Positions 14,372 through 31,756 of a DNA stretch of 64,000 nt are shown here, one piece after another. Under the pieces are notes generated by a model, which saw nothing but the letters and a program-made list of their open reading frames with translations, searched no databases and was not told where the DNA came from. How positions within the stretch are numbered: position 1 is the stretch's first letter; each line of letters starts with the position of its first letter. The translations under genes were made by a program, and so were the position numbers. The DNA is from Eledone cirrhosa (lineage: Eukaryota): positions 50,220,001 through 50,284,000 of the forward strand of contig OZ024749.1 in assembly GCA_964016885.1 (NCBI GenBank), read 5' to 3'.

Positions 14372-15970
14372 GTTAGTAAATATTTGAAATTAACATGTAT
14401 GCGCGTGAAATTCACAGGATAAGAATTACAAGTCGGTATTCGCTTCAATTTAAAAAGATGTCACACTAATTCCTCGATATACATAGATGGATTTCATAGT
14501 TTTGTGGGTTTGAAATTTTCTTCGCAACAGTATAATGTCAGCATACTACTTGACTCAAAAGGATTTTCTCTAGATTGCTGCGTTCAATTCATAGTACTTT
14601 GTATCAATGTTACGTGCCTTACATATAATGGTAGTTACAATGTTTTATTTCTCACTTGAAATCTGGCTTCAAATTTAGTTGGTCTTTGTGTTGATAAAAT
14701 GATTTCCTGTGAGAAAATTTCATTATTTTGTTTAATATTTTTCGCAGGCTTACGGATGGAAAATCTACAAATCTTTTGTATGTTTATAGATGCTATACAC
14801 ACAAGTCCTGTTTCAGATCACCACATCTTTCCATCGAAACAGGTTTGTGTTTTAGTCAAGTAAAATGCTGTAAGTTCCTTTCGCTTCATAATTTTGCAAT
14901 TAAACCTTAACGCAATCCTGATTCTGTCATATATCCCTATAGTGATTTCTTAGTCAATATCTGTTGGATATCAAAATACAGATTAATTTTTTTTTGGAGA
15001 CCATAGCCATTTAAATCAAGAGAATTATTCCAGAAAATTACTAATGTCATATTCCCTTGTTTCATGTGCAAGACATTTTATGAGTATCGAAAAATAAATC
15101 AACATATTTTCATAACTTTATTTTCCTCTTTCATGTATTTGTAACATCATTCTTTAGTTAAACATGTTTTGCCAGTATTATATTTTACTCTAATTATATA
15201 CCCGTCATTAGTAATACAATTTGATTTAAATTTCACATGTGTAGTCATTAAGAAAGTTCACTTAAAATAATGAACTATGTTGTCAAGAGATTTAATAATT
15301 AAACACTAACATTCCCTGGTAGTGATAAAAATAATATTTGTTATTATGTGCTATTATTATCACAATTAACATAAATTGGTTTTCGTTTACTTGTGTCCGT
15401 ATTCGTATAATTACTTAAAATTAAATCTAATTTTAAAAATTCAGATACGTGTTTCCAAGACTGCAAGGTAATATGCATTTATTTAGAACATTTCCTCAAA
15501 GCTCTCTTAGATATCCTATTATCAGAAGTAGTAATAATATAATTTTCATTTGTCTAAATGCGGCAATATTCCTAGAAATGAATTAGTTAATTACCGGCTT
15601 GCTTTATTTTCTTCTTATCAGACATTAGCTCCACTATAACTTTAGTCAGTTTGTACATATGTATGAGGGAAAGGACTAAAGCGTAATATAATTTACTAAG
15701 ATTAAACTAACACATGAATGGTATTAGAAATAAATGCTTAACCCCTATATGTATTAGCAGTGGCAATGTTCTGACATTGAAAGGTAATAAGATTTTTATA
15801 TTGACGAATATACGATTGTTCATATATTATAAACTTGCTTTTAGATATGCCTTATATTTCATGTAAAAATGTCTGATGGCTGAATGCTTTAATTCGTCAC
15901 GGTAAGGCACGTGTTATTTTGAGTTCGCGTTTGTTGAAAGTCATAAATAAAATAATTCAGACCCAGGACC

Positions 15971-16097
15971 AATTGTTTCTAGAAGTAGGGGAAATTCGAA
16001 TACATCGTTCCAGTAATGGACGTATTTTTTATTTATCGACTGTGAAAGAATAACTGACGAAATGGAAATAGGCAGGAATTCAATCCTTATAGCCATG
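15971..16097 (-). mobile_element. Old degraded SINE
   Basis: ATTGTTTCTA...TTTATCGAC.GTGAAAGAAT...GGCAGGAATTCAATCC remnants. Confidence 0.4.
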
Positions 16098-16699
16098 TAT
16101 TCATTCTATTAAAACATTTGCCAACTCTGTGTTCAAGTATAAGGTTCCCAAGTATAATGAATATATATTAAAAAGCTATTTCGTATTATTGAAGAACCAT
16201 GTCGTTAGAAATTTAATGTTTTTATCAATACAGTTTCAGAAAATGTAAATACCTCTACGATTCACTCTACATTTGTGTTCCAGTGGAGTTAAATTCAATG
16301 GTTATATTATACCGAATGAGTATACAGCAGTTCATTTATATCTAGCTTTACATGTAATCGATTGCCATGCAATGGAAGACAACTGATCATTAGTTTCATG
16401 ATCGATTGTACTGCAGCCTATAGTTAGTGAACGACAGTATATATTTACAGATGGAAAACATTCCAACGTTTTCTGCGTTTTGATGAGGGAGCAAATATCC
16501 AGAATTCGTATTCCTTCAAAATATTATAGAAAAACCAATCATCTGATGTCGTATGGCTTAGAAGCTAAAGCTAACATAACTCGTAACATGGAAGCTCAAC
16601 TGAATATAAAAAGACAACCAATTTCGAAGAAAATAAAAAGGATCTCTGCTAAAAGCAGAAAAATAAAATGTGAAGATTCCATCCTTATTTATATATATG

Positions 16700-17215
16700 A
16701 ACGTTTCTAAGTGAACATTCTCTTTCCTGCTGGCAGCAATTAAATGATTTCGTCTTAAATTACTAATGTCCCGTATGACCGATGTTGCCACAATGCACTT
16801 AAGAAGTACTGGAAGTATGTAATCAACATTATGCTATTGAAATCCATGTGTTTCGTCAGTTTCGAAGACAGTTATCCAGTCCATGAACAAGAGACAAATT
16901 ATAACAGCGTTGGGTGGGAAGCAACGGAAGTACTACGCGAGCTTGAGAATGTGTTTTTACGCTGTATATCTGCGTGCTAGACGTAAAAGGGAAACTTTCC
17001 CTCAAATCAATCACAATATGATTTTAGTAAAGGGAAATAGCATAGGACAAATAACATACCAGATGTTTGAACTGAACCACAGGTATCCATGCAAATTCGA
17101 CAAATGAAAAGTATCATGAACAACAAAAATAAGCACGATGTGATGCATAAATATGGTACGAGCCATATTACCATCCCGAGTTTCAAGCCTGGCGGAACTT
17201 TTCATGTCCAGGTCT
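16700..17215 (-). pseudogene. Possible highly decayed CR1/L2/Jockey-group LINE RT
   Basis: Collinear motif remnants LDMKS (cf. LDxSKAFD), VICPMLF (cf. VLGPLLF), HAD (cf. YADD), MDFN; many indels. Confidence 0.3.
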
Positions 17216-17299
17216 TAACACAGCTGATTTCTTCAAGAGAAATATAGAAAGTGAGAGATAGGAAGCGAGAAAGAGATATGGAGTAAAACTCGATCGATT

Positions 17300-17423
17300 A
17301 CTGATTGGGATTCTTTTTATGAAAGTCAAAATTGGACTCGGTGGCATTTGATCCCTGAGAACCTGAACGAATACCGTAAAGAATTATATCCGACATTCTA
17401 ACGATGCTGCTCATTCACCGCCT
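17300..17423 (-). mobile_element. Old degraded SINE
   Basis: ATGAAAG.CAAA...CTCGGTGGCATTTGA...TCTAACGAT.CTGC...TCACCGCC. Confidence 0.55.
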
Positions 17424-18384
17424 ATACATAAATATATGCAAATATGACACCAAGTTCGGAACGTATATTTATTTGCTACGGTCCAACCAAATACCAGATG
17501 GATAGTTTAACAAGACCATTTATATACACCGTCAATTGTAATCTAAGCATTAAATATTATTATCTTTGATATCCGAATTATATATCCATCCTTACTAACA
17601 GAAACCGTTTCATTTCAATACAGGCCAGCGATTGCTAAACGGAAATATCCATCAAAGATACCGTAAAATATTTTCCCAAGATATAATGCCATAAGATAAT
17701 ATAACGTTGTAAATTATACTACGCATATGAAATTTGGATGGCAAATTCTTTCAACAACAAGTGTTATTATTGAGCCAGGTCAGGATTTTTAATTACATAT
17801 ATGGGAATAATCTTACTGTAATTATCTATAAATTTACAAGCCGAAGATATAGAATTTAAGCTGATACAACAGGTCTACGTAATAAAAGTGAAGAGAGCTC
17901 ATAATAGTTATAAGAGGTAAATTATTTAAGGAAATCTGACAAATTCTCTATAATATAGTCGTAAACGCATTTCATTATTCCAATAACTTTCCATATCCTA
18001 TTGATATAATCATAATATCTGTACGAAGGCGCATTTCTGCGACAAGAGAATATGGATTATATCCTATACATTATTTAAAACTTTAGAATTATAGTTACAC
18101 GGAATATTTACCTGTGTAAGCTTTAACATCGGGGAACAATTTTACATCGGTGTATTTTACACTGATTTCAAAATGGACAGCGAACTAAAGAGGAAATTTC
18201 AAAAGATATACCGTAAATTACGAAAATTACCGAGTATAGCTATTCATGTTCCCGGAAATATTCACAAGGAATTACTAATAACAACGTTTTTATCAATGAA
18301 TATTTCACTCAAAGTCAGAAGTATTATTAGACGAGACATTTATATAACACCGAAATGAACAACATTAACTGCCAAAACAATAAT

Positions 18385-18565
18385 AATAATGGTCTTGCTT
18401 TGGGCATAAAGCCAGCAATTATCACAGTACATTACTGGTTTATTTTGTCGACACCGTAAGTATGAAAGGCAGAGTTAATATCAGCGGGATTTGAACTCAG
18501 AACATAAAGAGCCATAGCTCTATGCTCTATGCATGGCGTCTGAAGCTCTACCGATACTGTCAAAC
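18385..18565 (-). mobile_element. tRNA-derived SINE
   Basis: GCCAGCAATT...TCGAC...ATGAAAGGCA.AGTTAA...GCGGGATTTGAACTCAG...CTCTACCGATACTG. Confidence 0.8.
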
Positions 18566-20689
18566 ATCAAAATTAATAATAATATTATAATGAATGGAAC
18601 GGTGTCATTCTGAACAAAGGGTTTAGTAGTGATTTCCCCAACAATGAGAAAATAGTAAACACAATCATAAAATATTTAAAACTACAACAAACATTGTAAT
18701 GTTGAGTAATTCAACAAAGGTATTTTGTCAGGTATTGCAACATAATAACAAAATCAATAAATATATAACAGAGTCAGTTTACAAATAATAATTCTAAAAA
18801 AGCAATTGTAAACGAAAATACAATATAATGCAGAACAAAAAATAACAACATGTACTATTAACTAAAAAGATCTATAGAAATTTAAAGACAACAGAAATTT
18901 AAACAGAAGTAGAGTCATCCTAACGAGAAACAGAACAATAGGATTTATCGTCAACAGAATTACACCCATAAAGGATTAAACACACGTAATGATATAGTCA
19001 TTCCCCCCAAAAATAATAATCGCACTTAAATCATTCATACAATTAACACCATAAATAACTAGTATAATATAACGTTTGCAATCATACATAACCATATGAA
19101 ATCATCTATTTATTAGTTATATTGTCTCACTCGTGATTGTTATAATCGTAAAGAAAATACCAGTAGCTCAATTACAGATATTAAACAGAAAAATCAACAA
19201 CGAGCATTGAAACAACTCCTAACGTACCATTATCATCTTAAGGACCAACAGCATGAAGAGCTACCCACCTTTACAGGAATAACAACATGAAAACAAAAGA
19301 TAACGTAATTGTAATTCATGTAACGTTAGTGAAGCAAAGTTTATAATTTCAATAACAATGGAATGTTTATAAGAATTGACCTTTCAGGACAAGTCAAAGT
19401 GATTTTCATTGTCACCAATTTGAATACGTTATTGAATACACTTTTTATATCAGTGTTTCTGGCAACTAATATTTTTTCATAACCCAAAATACTATCTCGA
19501 CAGATTGTTATTGTGCGTTTAATTAATGTATTGTTTGACTTCATTTTTACTGTTTTTTTTACAATATTGTTTCATCTTGAAAGTCCCACTTAACACCAAT
19601 TACAAGTTGATATGTTTTCGTTTGTATATTTTAATAAGTGTTTATTTATTAAATTTAGGCTTGGCATCATTATATTTCTTTCCTTGTTTACGCCTATACA
19701 GATTTTCATTTGGAAATTCTTCTCGAAATTGCTTTATAATCATTCATTTCTACTGAATAATCTTTTAGTTTTCTCATAGTTTACGTTTGTCTGTCTATCC
19801 ACATGCCACTTTTCTTTGCTTCTATTATGCCCTCCTGTTAGCATTTCTATCTTTCTTTTTCCGTTAAACTAAATCTAGTTTTCAGATATTTCATTTGGCT
19901 TAACTCTCTAGTGCACTAGCTGATACGTAGCTGAATTACAGACCCTGATACGTTAAAACTGGTGGTAAAGTAAAATAGATCACTGGAACGAAATGGTTCT
20001 CTTTATGACGACTTTTTTATGAACATGGTCCATAGAATCCTAGTGTATCGCAAACAAACACATGCATCTACGGTGTTGCTCCTATCTGAACATATATATT
20101 GAAACTACATTTACAAGCACGCAATGGCTGTGTGGAATTCCAATATCACAATGATTTGTATTTCTTTTATTGTTTTCCCTTGTTATATTGTTTAGGATTT
20201 CACTGTATGTGTGTTATTCGAAAGCAATGGATAGTGAAAAACGTATTTTTGAAATGTTATGTAAAATAAATATTGTGCAACAAAAACGTTTGTGAACATA
20301 AGCTGATACATTAAAAACATGTAGATAACCGAAGAGTGTTAGCACATAGATTGAGATTGAATTTATCTGTATTTATAGGTGATTGAAAACATATGTTCAA
20401 AAGTATCCTATGTTCAGAGGAACAGATATTGTTACAGAAAGCTATAGCCAAAATACAGCTTTAAAACTAAATTAAAGAAAACAATTATAATAACTACAAA
20501 ATGAAAATATATATACGAAGATGATATCAGAGAATCCTATCAGATATATGACAAAAATCATGTGGCAGCATTTAATGCACGAAAAACATTTTGGGTTAAA
20601 CTCGAATATATTACACATATTTGAGACAGATGAAAATAGAATTCGAAAAAAGATTGTTATTGTGAAGCTACAGATAAGTGACAAAGAGA

Positions 20690-21290
20690 GATACTACATT
20701 ATCACTACAGGAAAAAGAAATGTATAAACCTTGCTAAGAAGATAATAGTCATGTGGTTCAGAAGCTAGAAATATCACAGTATGTGTTATCAGAAGAAATA
20801 TTTCAGCTGTATGTAGGCTGCTAAAGACAATTGATAGGGAATATAATCAGCAATAGCAATATGCGAGGAATTCGAGTGTCTAAATCCACGACGTAAACCT
20901 AACATTTGTGCATAGTTTTTGATGATTGTTCACATGTGAATTATTGTTTAGACAGTCGCAGTATTGTTGACATCAAATTTAAAGAGAGTTTAGAATCCAT
21001 AGACAGGAAGAAGTTTAACTGTATCATATTTCGTATATGTGGATTTATCAAAATGAATGCGATATTGTCGTGGCAGGACGATAAAGATCAGTATGGAAAA
21101 GGATGCCAAAGCTAAGTTGAAATAATATAGTGATCCTAAAAGCAAACATCCGTATAAGAAATAAAATCACTGCCTGGAAGTCAATATCGGAGTAGATTCG
21201 TCAGGATGAATATTCCAGCTAGATGAGAAATCCGAACGGAATACCATTTAAAGATATGCTTACTACGCCACATGCGTCTCACATAGAGCG
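20690..21290 (+). pseudogene. Possible ancient RTE-like LINE RT remnant
   Basis: KFKESLESIDRKK (cf. DFKKAFDSI), EVNIGV.RQ (cf. TGVRQG) and a YA.. remnant, in the expected order; heavily decayed. Confidence 0.3.
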
Positions 21291-21685
21291 GAATGGCACT
21301 GAGAAAATCTAGAAGAAATGTAACGTCAAAAGGAAATACAAATCATGCTGGAATTCCTGGATTTCCCTCGTAATGAATTTTACATTCATATTTTGAAATA
21401 AAGAACGTGTGAATATAAAATCAATTGTACCACACATGATAAATAAATGGAGAATGGGCAGAGACGGATATCACAATACAAATCATCTTCTGCAAATATT
21501 TACCCATATAGTCAATCGATCGAATGGTGACAGATAATTTATTGCTAGACGTCTGAAATGATGAATGGCAAATTTGAATGCGGTAAAGCAGAGAGGACTG
21601 ATGAAAATACGAAGGCATTTAATCCGAGATCAACGTCTTGGTTTGAAACACACGTACATACGTTTATATATATATATATATATTT

Positions 21686-21815
<130 letters not shown>

Positions 21816-23198
21816 AAACGAAGCAGGCTGTGTGGTTACTGTAAACAAAGTTTAAGATGGTAATATGGACGAAACAAGAGAAGAAACACTTCACCAGCTG
21901 TTAACTGCAGATCATCGATGTTTCAGCATTTAAATCAGGACATCGAAATCGATCAGCAGCGCGACCAATGTCTGTAATCTACCAAAAGGCCCCGAGGGGA
22001 AGAACAGATACGATAGTGAAGCGAGATCAAGAAAGAGAAAAAAGGACAGAGGAAAACACGAAGTAAACTAAATGATATATATATATATTTATCGCACACA
22101 CGCACATATACATAAAACACACTGACGCACACAAACACAGACACACACATAAGCAACAGGTATAACACCCCGTGGACAACGGACAACGAAATGAACGGGC
22201 ACAGTTTCAACTCCTCTCTCGGGTAAGAGTGACTAAAAAAACAAACACAATGTGTATGCAGCAGTAAATACTGATGTGTAGCTCTCTGCCTCATGATCAG
22301 TTCATACTATATCGCTAGATTAGAATAGTTAGCATGATTTATCACTTGTTTGGAAATATCGCTTGACATTATGTTATTAGCCAATTAAACTCATCTTAAA
22401 CTGTATGCCTATATCTCCAGAACTCCCTTGTATATTAGGGTACGATATTGTCTACAGCATTGTCAAATGGGTGCATATGAACTATTTCTAATGACATACA
22501 ATTCAGAAATAGATCTTATATACAATTCGTGATCATTTGTGAAAGACATAATTAATGTTATATTTACATGTCATAATTTGAATTATAATATGTATTATAT
22601 TGACAATCAATATTGACTCCATTTATATTTAATATGTCATGTTCTGATTGAATATTCCATTTATGAATGCAATGTTTTTAAACAATTAGGGGCAATACAT
22701 TTATCAAAACAGTAGATTTTCAGTATGCAATTCATCAATTTAAAGAGATGGATGACAATTTCGAAAAAATTGAAGTTGATATGTCTAACGTTGATACGGG
22801 AAATATATACGATACATCAATTATCCCGAGGCTCTGTGAATTCCATCATATTTCCCCTGCCAAATATATTATGTCGGCAGTTAAACCCTGCCTTGAAGTA
22901 AGTATATTTCGATATCTATCAGATAGATCTAGAGCTCTATTTATATTAATGCATAATCTTACAGAGCATTGGTATGCACGACGGTGTATTTTTATTATAT
23001 CTGCCATGCTATATCATATGTTTCTAATAGATCTACGATAAAGAGTTTTTCTATATAATGAAATAAAATTAATACATTTAATTCGCCGAGAGCGCATCAT
23101 GTACGAAAAAAAAAGGAATTTATTGTAATTTGTAACTCGATAATATTAATACGTCGCATTTGTTTCTCATGTACTTGTATACATACACACACACACTT

Positions 23199-23260
<62 letters not shown>

Positions 23261-24591
23261 GGAAAGATTAAATTATTGAAATGAAGTAAATTCAAGATAG
23301 AAACTAAGACCTTGTGTTATCCTACGTTTAATGTTACTGGTACTATTCAAAATGTGCAACCCTTCCACCACAACACGTACTCTGTATATATACAATAGAT
23401 ATATAATAACTAATATTAACAAAAGCTTGATAACATGTAGAGAAGTGAAAATCAATTTAGTGAACGTATATTTTAAAAAAGGGTGATTGAGAATAGAGCA
23501 GCATTTAATTAATCAATTTATATATCATACTTACCTATATTTGTTGTACTTTTTACACGTAAAAAGGAACTAAATTATGAATTGTACGATGCAGTTATTT
23601 AAAATAAGCATCACAAACTTTCTGAAATGTAGTTTATTTTAGAAATACTTGGTAATATTTCTATTATTCTTGATAACATTTTTTTAGTATTAAATCTAAA
23701 ATGAAAAATGACTATAAACTTATCATTTTTTTTCTTCAATTTTGATTTGGAATATTTGTTAATATTGTATTTTATTTTAACTTTCCAAACGCATATTGGA
23801 ATCATGAAATAATTATCAATGTTTTATTTATTTTATTTGCTCCAGGATATTCCTGACAGTGTTGTCTTGACAGCTCTGTTTATTTCAACCGTCTTAAAAT
23901 ATTTCAGCTAGATTTTCAAACGCAATAGATTGCTTGTTTAATGTTTAAACAGAGGAATTGATAAGTTGAAGTTTGGGTATTGAAGCTGAACTGTTTAATA
24001 CAGTAATCTGTCAATTAACATTAAATTACTCGTGTCATATGCTTAAACGCTCACGAAAATGAAAAAAATAAACTATAACGTAAAAAGAAATCAACCAATA
24101 ATAATAATGAAAGGTGAACTGATGTCTAGCAGTAAACAGAAGCATTTAGTTGCAATTCCTGATCTGTCATGTATATAGTTAGCGAACCGATAAATATAGG
24201 CCTCCACACATATAAACAGGTACGCAAACATACCCACAAATAACCACACATATACACACAAATATACACACAAATATACACACAAATATACGCACAGATA
24301 TAAATATGCATACGCTTAGATATAATTTGTTGATTATATATATATTATATCATATTGATAATGTGCAGAATGTATAGACAAACACATATACTCATATATA
24401 TAGACGTTTATATAAATTTCTGATTTGTGTGTTTGTGTGTGTATGTATATATTCACAAGAGGGTACATACTGCACACGGACACAGGGAAAAATATAGGGG
24501 ATGCAAGTAGTCCCATCCCCTCACTCAAACCCTTGTAATCACTACGATTCAGGGGCATTAATTTGACAGGTTCATTCAACTGCACATATAC

Positions 24592-24637
<46 letters not shown>

Positions 24638-24639
<2 letters not shown>

Positions 24640-24658
24640 TACTACTAATACTACTACA

Positions 24659-24691
<33 letters not shown>

Positions 24692-24800
24692 ACTGCTACT
24701 ACTACTACTACTGCTGCTACTACCACTACTACTACTACTACTACTACTAATAATAATAATAATAATACTAATACTAATACTACTTATAATACTACTGTTA
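24638..24800. repeat. Compound trinucleotide microsatellite (ACT/GCT/AAT)n
   Basis: Direct inspection. Confidence 0.9.
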
Positions 24801-25067
24801 CTGATGCTTCTTCTACTATTAAAGAATAAGTTGATGATAATCATGATATGGTGATGATGATAATGATGGTGAGGATGATGTTAATAAAGAAGATGAAATG
24901 CACAAGACAAAATCTAAACAGTATCGTGCAGGTTGAAGGAGAAAATATTTGCAAAAGAAAAAACTATGACAATGTTCGTTTAGTTTTCGTATACAATTCC
25001 ATTTATTTTGAGCTTTTATGAAAGATATGCCAATAAAACTGTAAAAGACAAATCATTTATTCAAATA

Positions 25068-25160
25068 TTAACTTTGCCTTTCATTCTTACGAGGTCGATA
25101 AAATAAAGTACCAGTAATATACTGTAATAATTGCTGGCCTTGTGCCAAAAGTAGAAACAA
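25068..25160 (+). mobile_element. SINE 3' half
   Basis: TTAACTTTGCCTTTCAT...GTCGATAAAATAAAGTACCAG...GCCAAAAGTAGAAACA. Confidence 0.8.
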
Positions 25161-25336
25161 AAATAACATAACAATACGAAAGGATAAGTAATATATGGCT
25201 GTCAGTATTAAGTATATATGTATTATATCCGTTTTTATATATATATATATTTATTTATATATATATATACATATATATATATCGCAGTGAAGTATATCTC
25301 TAATGACTTGATTTTTTATTTCATTGTTTTAACTAA

Positions 25337-25580
25337 GTGACACAGAGGAGACTGAGGTTGGCTGGACATGCTCACCGACATCCAGAGTTGACATTGCACT
25401 CAGTGCTCCTTTGGAAGCCCCTACATGGACACACTAGAAGAGGAAGACCAAGGTTAACATATGTTGATGCCCTAAGGACACACACTGGTCTGTTGGAGAT
25501 GCAGGATATGGCAGCGGTAATGAGAGACAGAGACCGCTGGAGAGAACTCGTCCATGGATCTCAGGAATTTTACCCGCCTT

Positions 25581-25582
<2 letters not shown>
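25337..25582 (+). mobile_element. 5'-truncated RTE-clade LINE, ORF C-terminus
   Basis: RRLRLAGHAHRH...VLLWKP.HG..RRGRPRLTYVD...RDRDRWR, a typical RTE C-terminal motif. Confidence 0.85.
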
Positions 25583-25620
<38 letters not shown>

Positions 25621-25835
25621 AGGAGTTGACGGACCCAGCATATTTATCCATGCCAGGACCGGTTGTATCTCAGCGTCCTTCATGGGCAATGTATGATACA
25701 CTCCCAGAGTATACACACAGTTATTCGCTTCAATACAACACACGTAAAGCGGGTGCCTATAATAGTTACCGGATTCAAGTCTCGGCCGCATTTTATGCAG
25801 CAGTAACGTGCACTGGACCATCCGTCTGGAAATGT

Positions 25836-25921
<86 letters not shown>

Positions 25922-26001
25922 GTAATAAATTTAAAGACTAAAATCCAAAGAGAGGTCGATAAGAATAAATATATATCAAATATATAAGAACCGTAGAGCA
26001 A

Positions 26002-26230
<229 letters not shown>

Positions 26231-26262
26231 TATATAAACATATGTATATATATATATATACA

Positions 26263-26441
26263 ATGATATTAAATAAATGGAAACTATATTTATAAAACCA
26301 TATTTACTTTATTATATATATGTCAAGAGCAACCAAGACAACATTGGTATGCTTTCATCAGATAAAATACAAAGTTTGTTTTATGAATAGAAAAATACCC
26401 ATGAAAATCATACCTTATCCGTTGGAAATTCAATGGATAGT
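26263..26441 (-). mobile_element. Second copy of the HHR element at 55104-55284 (GAAA mutated to GACA)
   Basis: Reverse complement aligns with ~55104-55284; CUGAUGA at 26361-26355. Confidence 0.75.
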
Positions 26442-26759
26442 GGAAATATGTTAGGGATTATTCAAACTTATGTGTGAATATGCAAATGAATATGTAAATA
26501 ATTGAAAAAAAACGACCGTTTATTTACATTTAAATAAACACTGGAGGAAGAGAGAGATAAAAATTAAAAAAAATATTACGAGAGATAGAGAGAAGAAATT
26601 AACAAGAGGATGAATAAAACTCATATAACGTTAATTTGGGAGAATATATTATAAGTATATATTTAATGGTACGTTTATTTACGATTAATTATTTGTTATT
26701 AATCATTTGTTATTAATTATTCGTTAAACTTATTTTCTAATATTTTCTGTTTATAGTAG

Positions 26760-26885
26760 ATAGAAAAAGAAATAGATATAAGAATAGATATAAATATAAA
26801 TAAATAAATAGATAAATAGATAAATAAATAAATAAATAGATAAATAGATAAATAAATGAATAGATAATAAATAAATGAATAGATG
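26760..26885. repeat. (TAAA/TAGA)n tetranucleotide repeat
   Basis: Direct inspection. Confidence 0.8.
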
Positions 26886-26971
26886 GGTATATCCTGTTAT
26901 AGATAATTGTTTTAATGAGTTATGAGTTTTGTATTTAATGTAAGTAAATATTACGTTAAATTAAATGAAGT

Positions 26972-28079
<1,108 letters not shown>

Positions 28080-28090
28080 TATATATATAT

Positions 28091-28134
<44 letters not shown>

Positions 28135-28145
28135 CTCTCTCTCTC

Positions 28146-28181
<36 letters not shown>

Positions 28182-28231
28182 TAAATATATATATTTATAT
28201 ATATATTTATATATATTTATAAATATATATA

Positions 28232-28535
<304 letters not shown>

Positions 28536-29258
28536 CAATATATATATATATATACAGTAACTGGCCGTTACATTGCCTATACATATATATATATATATGT
28601 ATGTGTGTGTTTATGGGTGTATGTGTTTGTGTATGTGTGTGTTGTATATATATATTCACATGCATATATATATGAGTCGAGTATGTCTGTGTGTGTATGT
28701 GTGCCTATGTGTATGTACAAGTGTGTGTAGATACACACACATTAATGTATAAATGAAAAAAATAATAATACGTAATAACATTGCCATTCATCTTGTTTAA
28801 GACAGTCATTTATTAGAAGTTATCTTTTATGCGAGGTAATCATTTCTATTTAACATTAATGGTAACATAAATCAGTACTACTCTCTCTCTTTTTCTAGAT
28901 CATTCTTTACTTTCTCATGTATTGAATAAATTATGAGATTTCGTCTGAATTTTCCCTCCCAAATTTGTTAACTTTAAATATCAACTAACACGTATGATCA
29001 GATCTGAAGGACATTGTATTATTTATTCATTCGTTTCACCCGATTTTCTTAGCGTTACATTTTTCTGGTGTTAGAGGTATTGATTATTTTCATTACAATT
29101 TTACGTCTCTGTCGTCTTTACAAATAAATAGTTTTAACTTCCATAAGTATTGTTAAGATGAGTACTAATATTTGACTCCAGAATTACAGTTGTAGTTCTT
29201 AGTGTGTTGGATTACTTTGAAAACTAGATGTATTCATTGATATTATTTATTTACTCCA

Positions 29259-29450
29259 GGGCGGTGGATTGAAAGTATCAGTAGAGGGTCGGACGACATG
29301 CTTTGCAGCAATGAATGATGGCCCTTTATGGTATGAGTTCAAATCCCGCCGAGGTTAACTTTACCTTTCATCCTTACGGAGTCGATAAAATAAAGTACCA
29401 GTAATACACTGATATAATTGCTGGCCTTGTGCCAAAAGTAGAAACAATTA
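29259..29450 (+). mobile_element. tRNA-derived SINE, full length
   Basis: Family consensus matched from end to end. Confidence 0.88.
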
Positions 29451-31646
29451 TGTATTGACTTCATATACGTTTTATGGCATATATATTCCTGGTGTATGTA
29501 AAGCAACATACTAGAGAGTTGACAATATAATTAATGAGATTGAACTAAATGTTGGAGCTGCTGTGAATAATCACGTATGAGTGATGACATTTGCTGTCCT
29601 CTCCCATTGTGGGATGTCTCCACCGACCTCATAGAAGTAGTATAGTGCCTGCAACATCATCAGTTCTACTACTCAATTCCCTTCAATGCATTTCCAGTTG
29701 GATCAAGGACACACAGAGCTCCATAGTGTTGTAAAGTGGTAGGAAATGAGTCATGAAAAAATGTCCCAAGTAGACGTTGTAATGTTGTAGTGTGGATGCT
29801 GCCCAGTATGTGGCATTAGGATGTGCATCCAGATATAGAACGCAAGACAAGCACGTAATATAACAGTCGCCTGTCACGGTAGGTTTCATTATATAAGAGT
29901 ATGCACAACGCGAGGTAACTGGGAAAATGAAACATTAAATGAATGGATACTCTATAGATTTGAATAGAATGTGTGATGAATCTACTAGTTTGCGTTTCAT
30001 GCAGAATCAATGAGAAATCAGCCTGGCATTCTAAATGTGAGATGAAATTTCAATTCTAGCACATATTGTTATTATTAACGCCTGACATTACAGAGAACAC
30101 TGGATACAAGCTACTGAAAATTGTGGTTTTGTCTTATGTTGAATGTTACAATTTTTGTGAAAATGAGAAATGTTTATAACCGTTAAACGCCATGACATTG
30201 AAGTAATAATAGACATCGCGTTAATAGCAAAATATTAATATATATTTGAATTGCAGTTAAAAAACCAAAATTAAAATTGCTATAGTAAACAAACAATATT
30301 TGTATGTGAAAATATATATAATGTATTGCACATTTAACATTTTAAGTTTATTTTGTCCGCTCTCAAAATATTAATATGTATATTATTAGTCTCAATAAAG
30401 TTGAAAGAATGCAATCGCATGTTGATCGACAAAAACAAACAAAAAAAAACATTGTTTTCAGACTGGTCGTATGCCATTATGAGCTACATAATAACAAACA
30501 CAGTAGTTTACATAAGCAAAGTATTTGATGATGGTCCCTCTTATATCTAGTAACAAATAATATATGGTCTTGGCTAGCTTCATAAAATGTCTCAGCTAGC
30601 TTTATAGAATTCTGTATGACATTCATGTGATGAGATGCATCAACAAATTCAAATATATCGCACATTGTGTGTTATCCCTTCCTTTATTGACACAAATCTC
30701 AATCTCCAAATTATTGTTTTTCTGAATGCTAAACCTGTTTGAAATTCATTATGTGCCAAAAAAGTAGAAACAATTATTTATATGCTATAAATATGGTATA
30801 TACTTCCTTATACATAAATGTTTGATAATCATGTTTCAGCATGTGGTTTAGTACTGACTAGCAATCTAAATGTATCGTCATATAATTTTCTATTGACTGC
30901 AACATAATCAATGTGTATCGATCTATCAGAAAAGTCTGAATTGTTATTCCTCGTAATACATTGTTCCTGAAGAGTTTGCCCTTGCTATGTTGCATGTATT
31001 ATTACGACTACTGTACTAAACCAGCGTCTGTGATATAAAAAAGCTTACAATCAATCATATCTATCAGCAAAATGCAGTTACATTATCTTTGATTGAAGAG
31101 AATATTATAGTTATCTAACATAGAATTAGTAAAAGGAACAACCATGTCTTTTGTGAATGCTAAAAAGTATCAAATATGATTTTAGAAATGTACACCAGCA
31201 GAGGGGTCTGCATACTACCAATATGCAGTACTTTCACTGAAAATCATATATAGCAACTCTAACGTATTACAATAAGATTTAGACAACACACCACTGATTT
31301 GTAGTTTTATAGAATATGGATTTAGATTGCAAATTGGTTTATACTGGTTATGTACATGTAGTACAGCACACACATCATCTGATGTTAAGCAAGTAATCTA
31401 TCTTTGTATAACATATATAAACAACAACATAGTCAAGTTCAGTAAGGTCATTATATAGATATGTTAAAGAGAATGTAGTTAATCATGACATTAAATTCCC
31501 ATGGTAAATGAAGCAGATTTGCTTCGAGCTTATTTGAAATCCGCTGTGAAGCATATTATACGTCGTTGTCATGAGATAGAAAGCTTATATAGAAACGGAC
31601 GAAGTTATAATAGAGCTAATTGCGAATTATATATATATACACACAT

Positions 31647-31756
<110 letters not shown>

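Noticed and set aside
21897-21960. HHR-like GACATC-GAAA-TCGA-TC motif (similar half-motif at 62833-62878)
   Set aside because: CUGANGA core is absent or disrupted; at most a fossil
22748-23041. 97-aa non-repetitive ORF
   Set aside because: No recognisable domain; length compatible with chance
24334-24844. Poly-T/A/N/S/V ORFs
   Set aside because: Trinucleotide microsatellite artefacts
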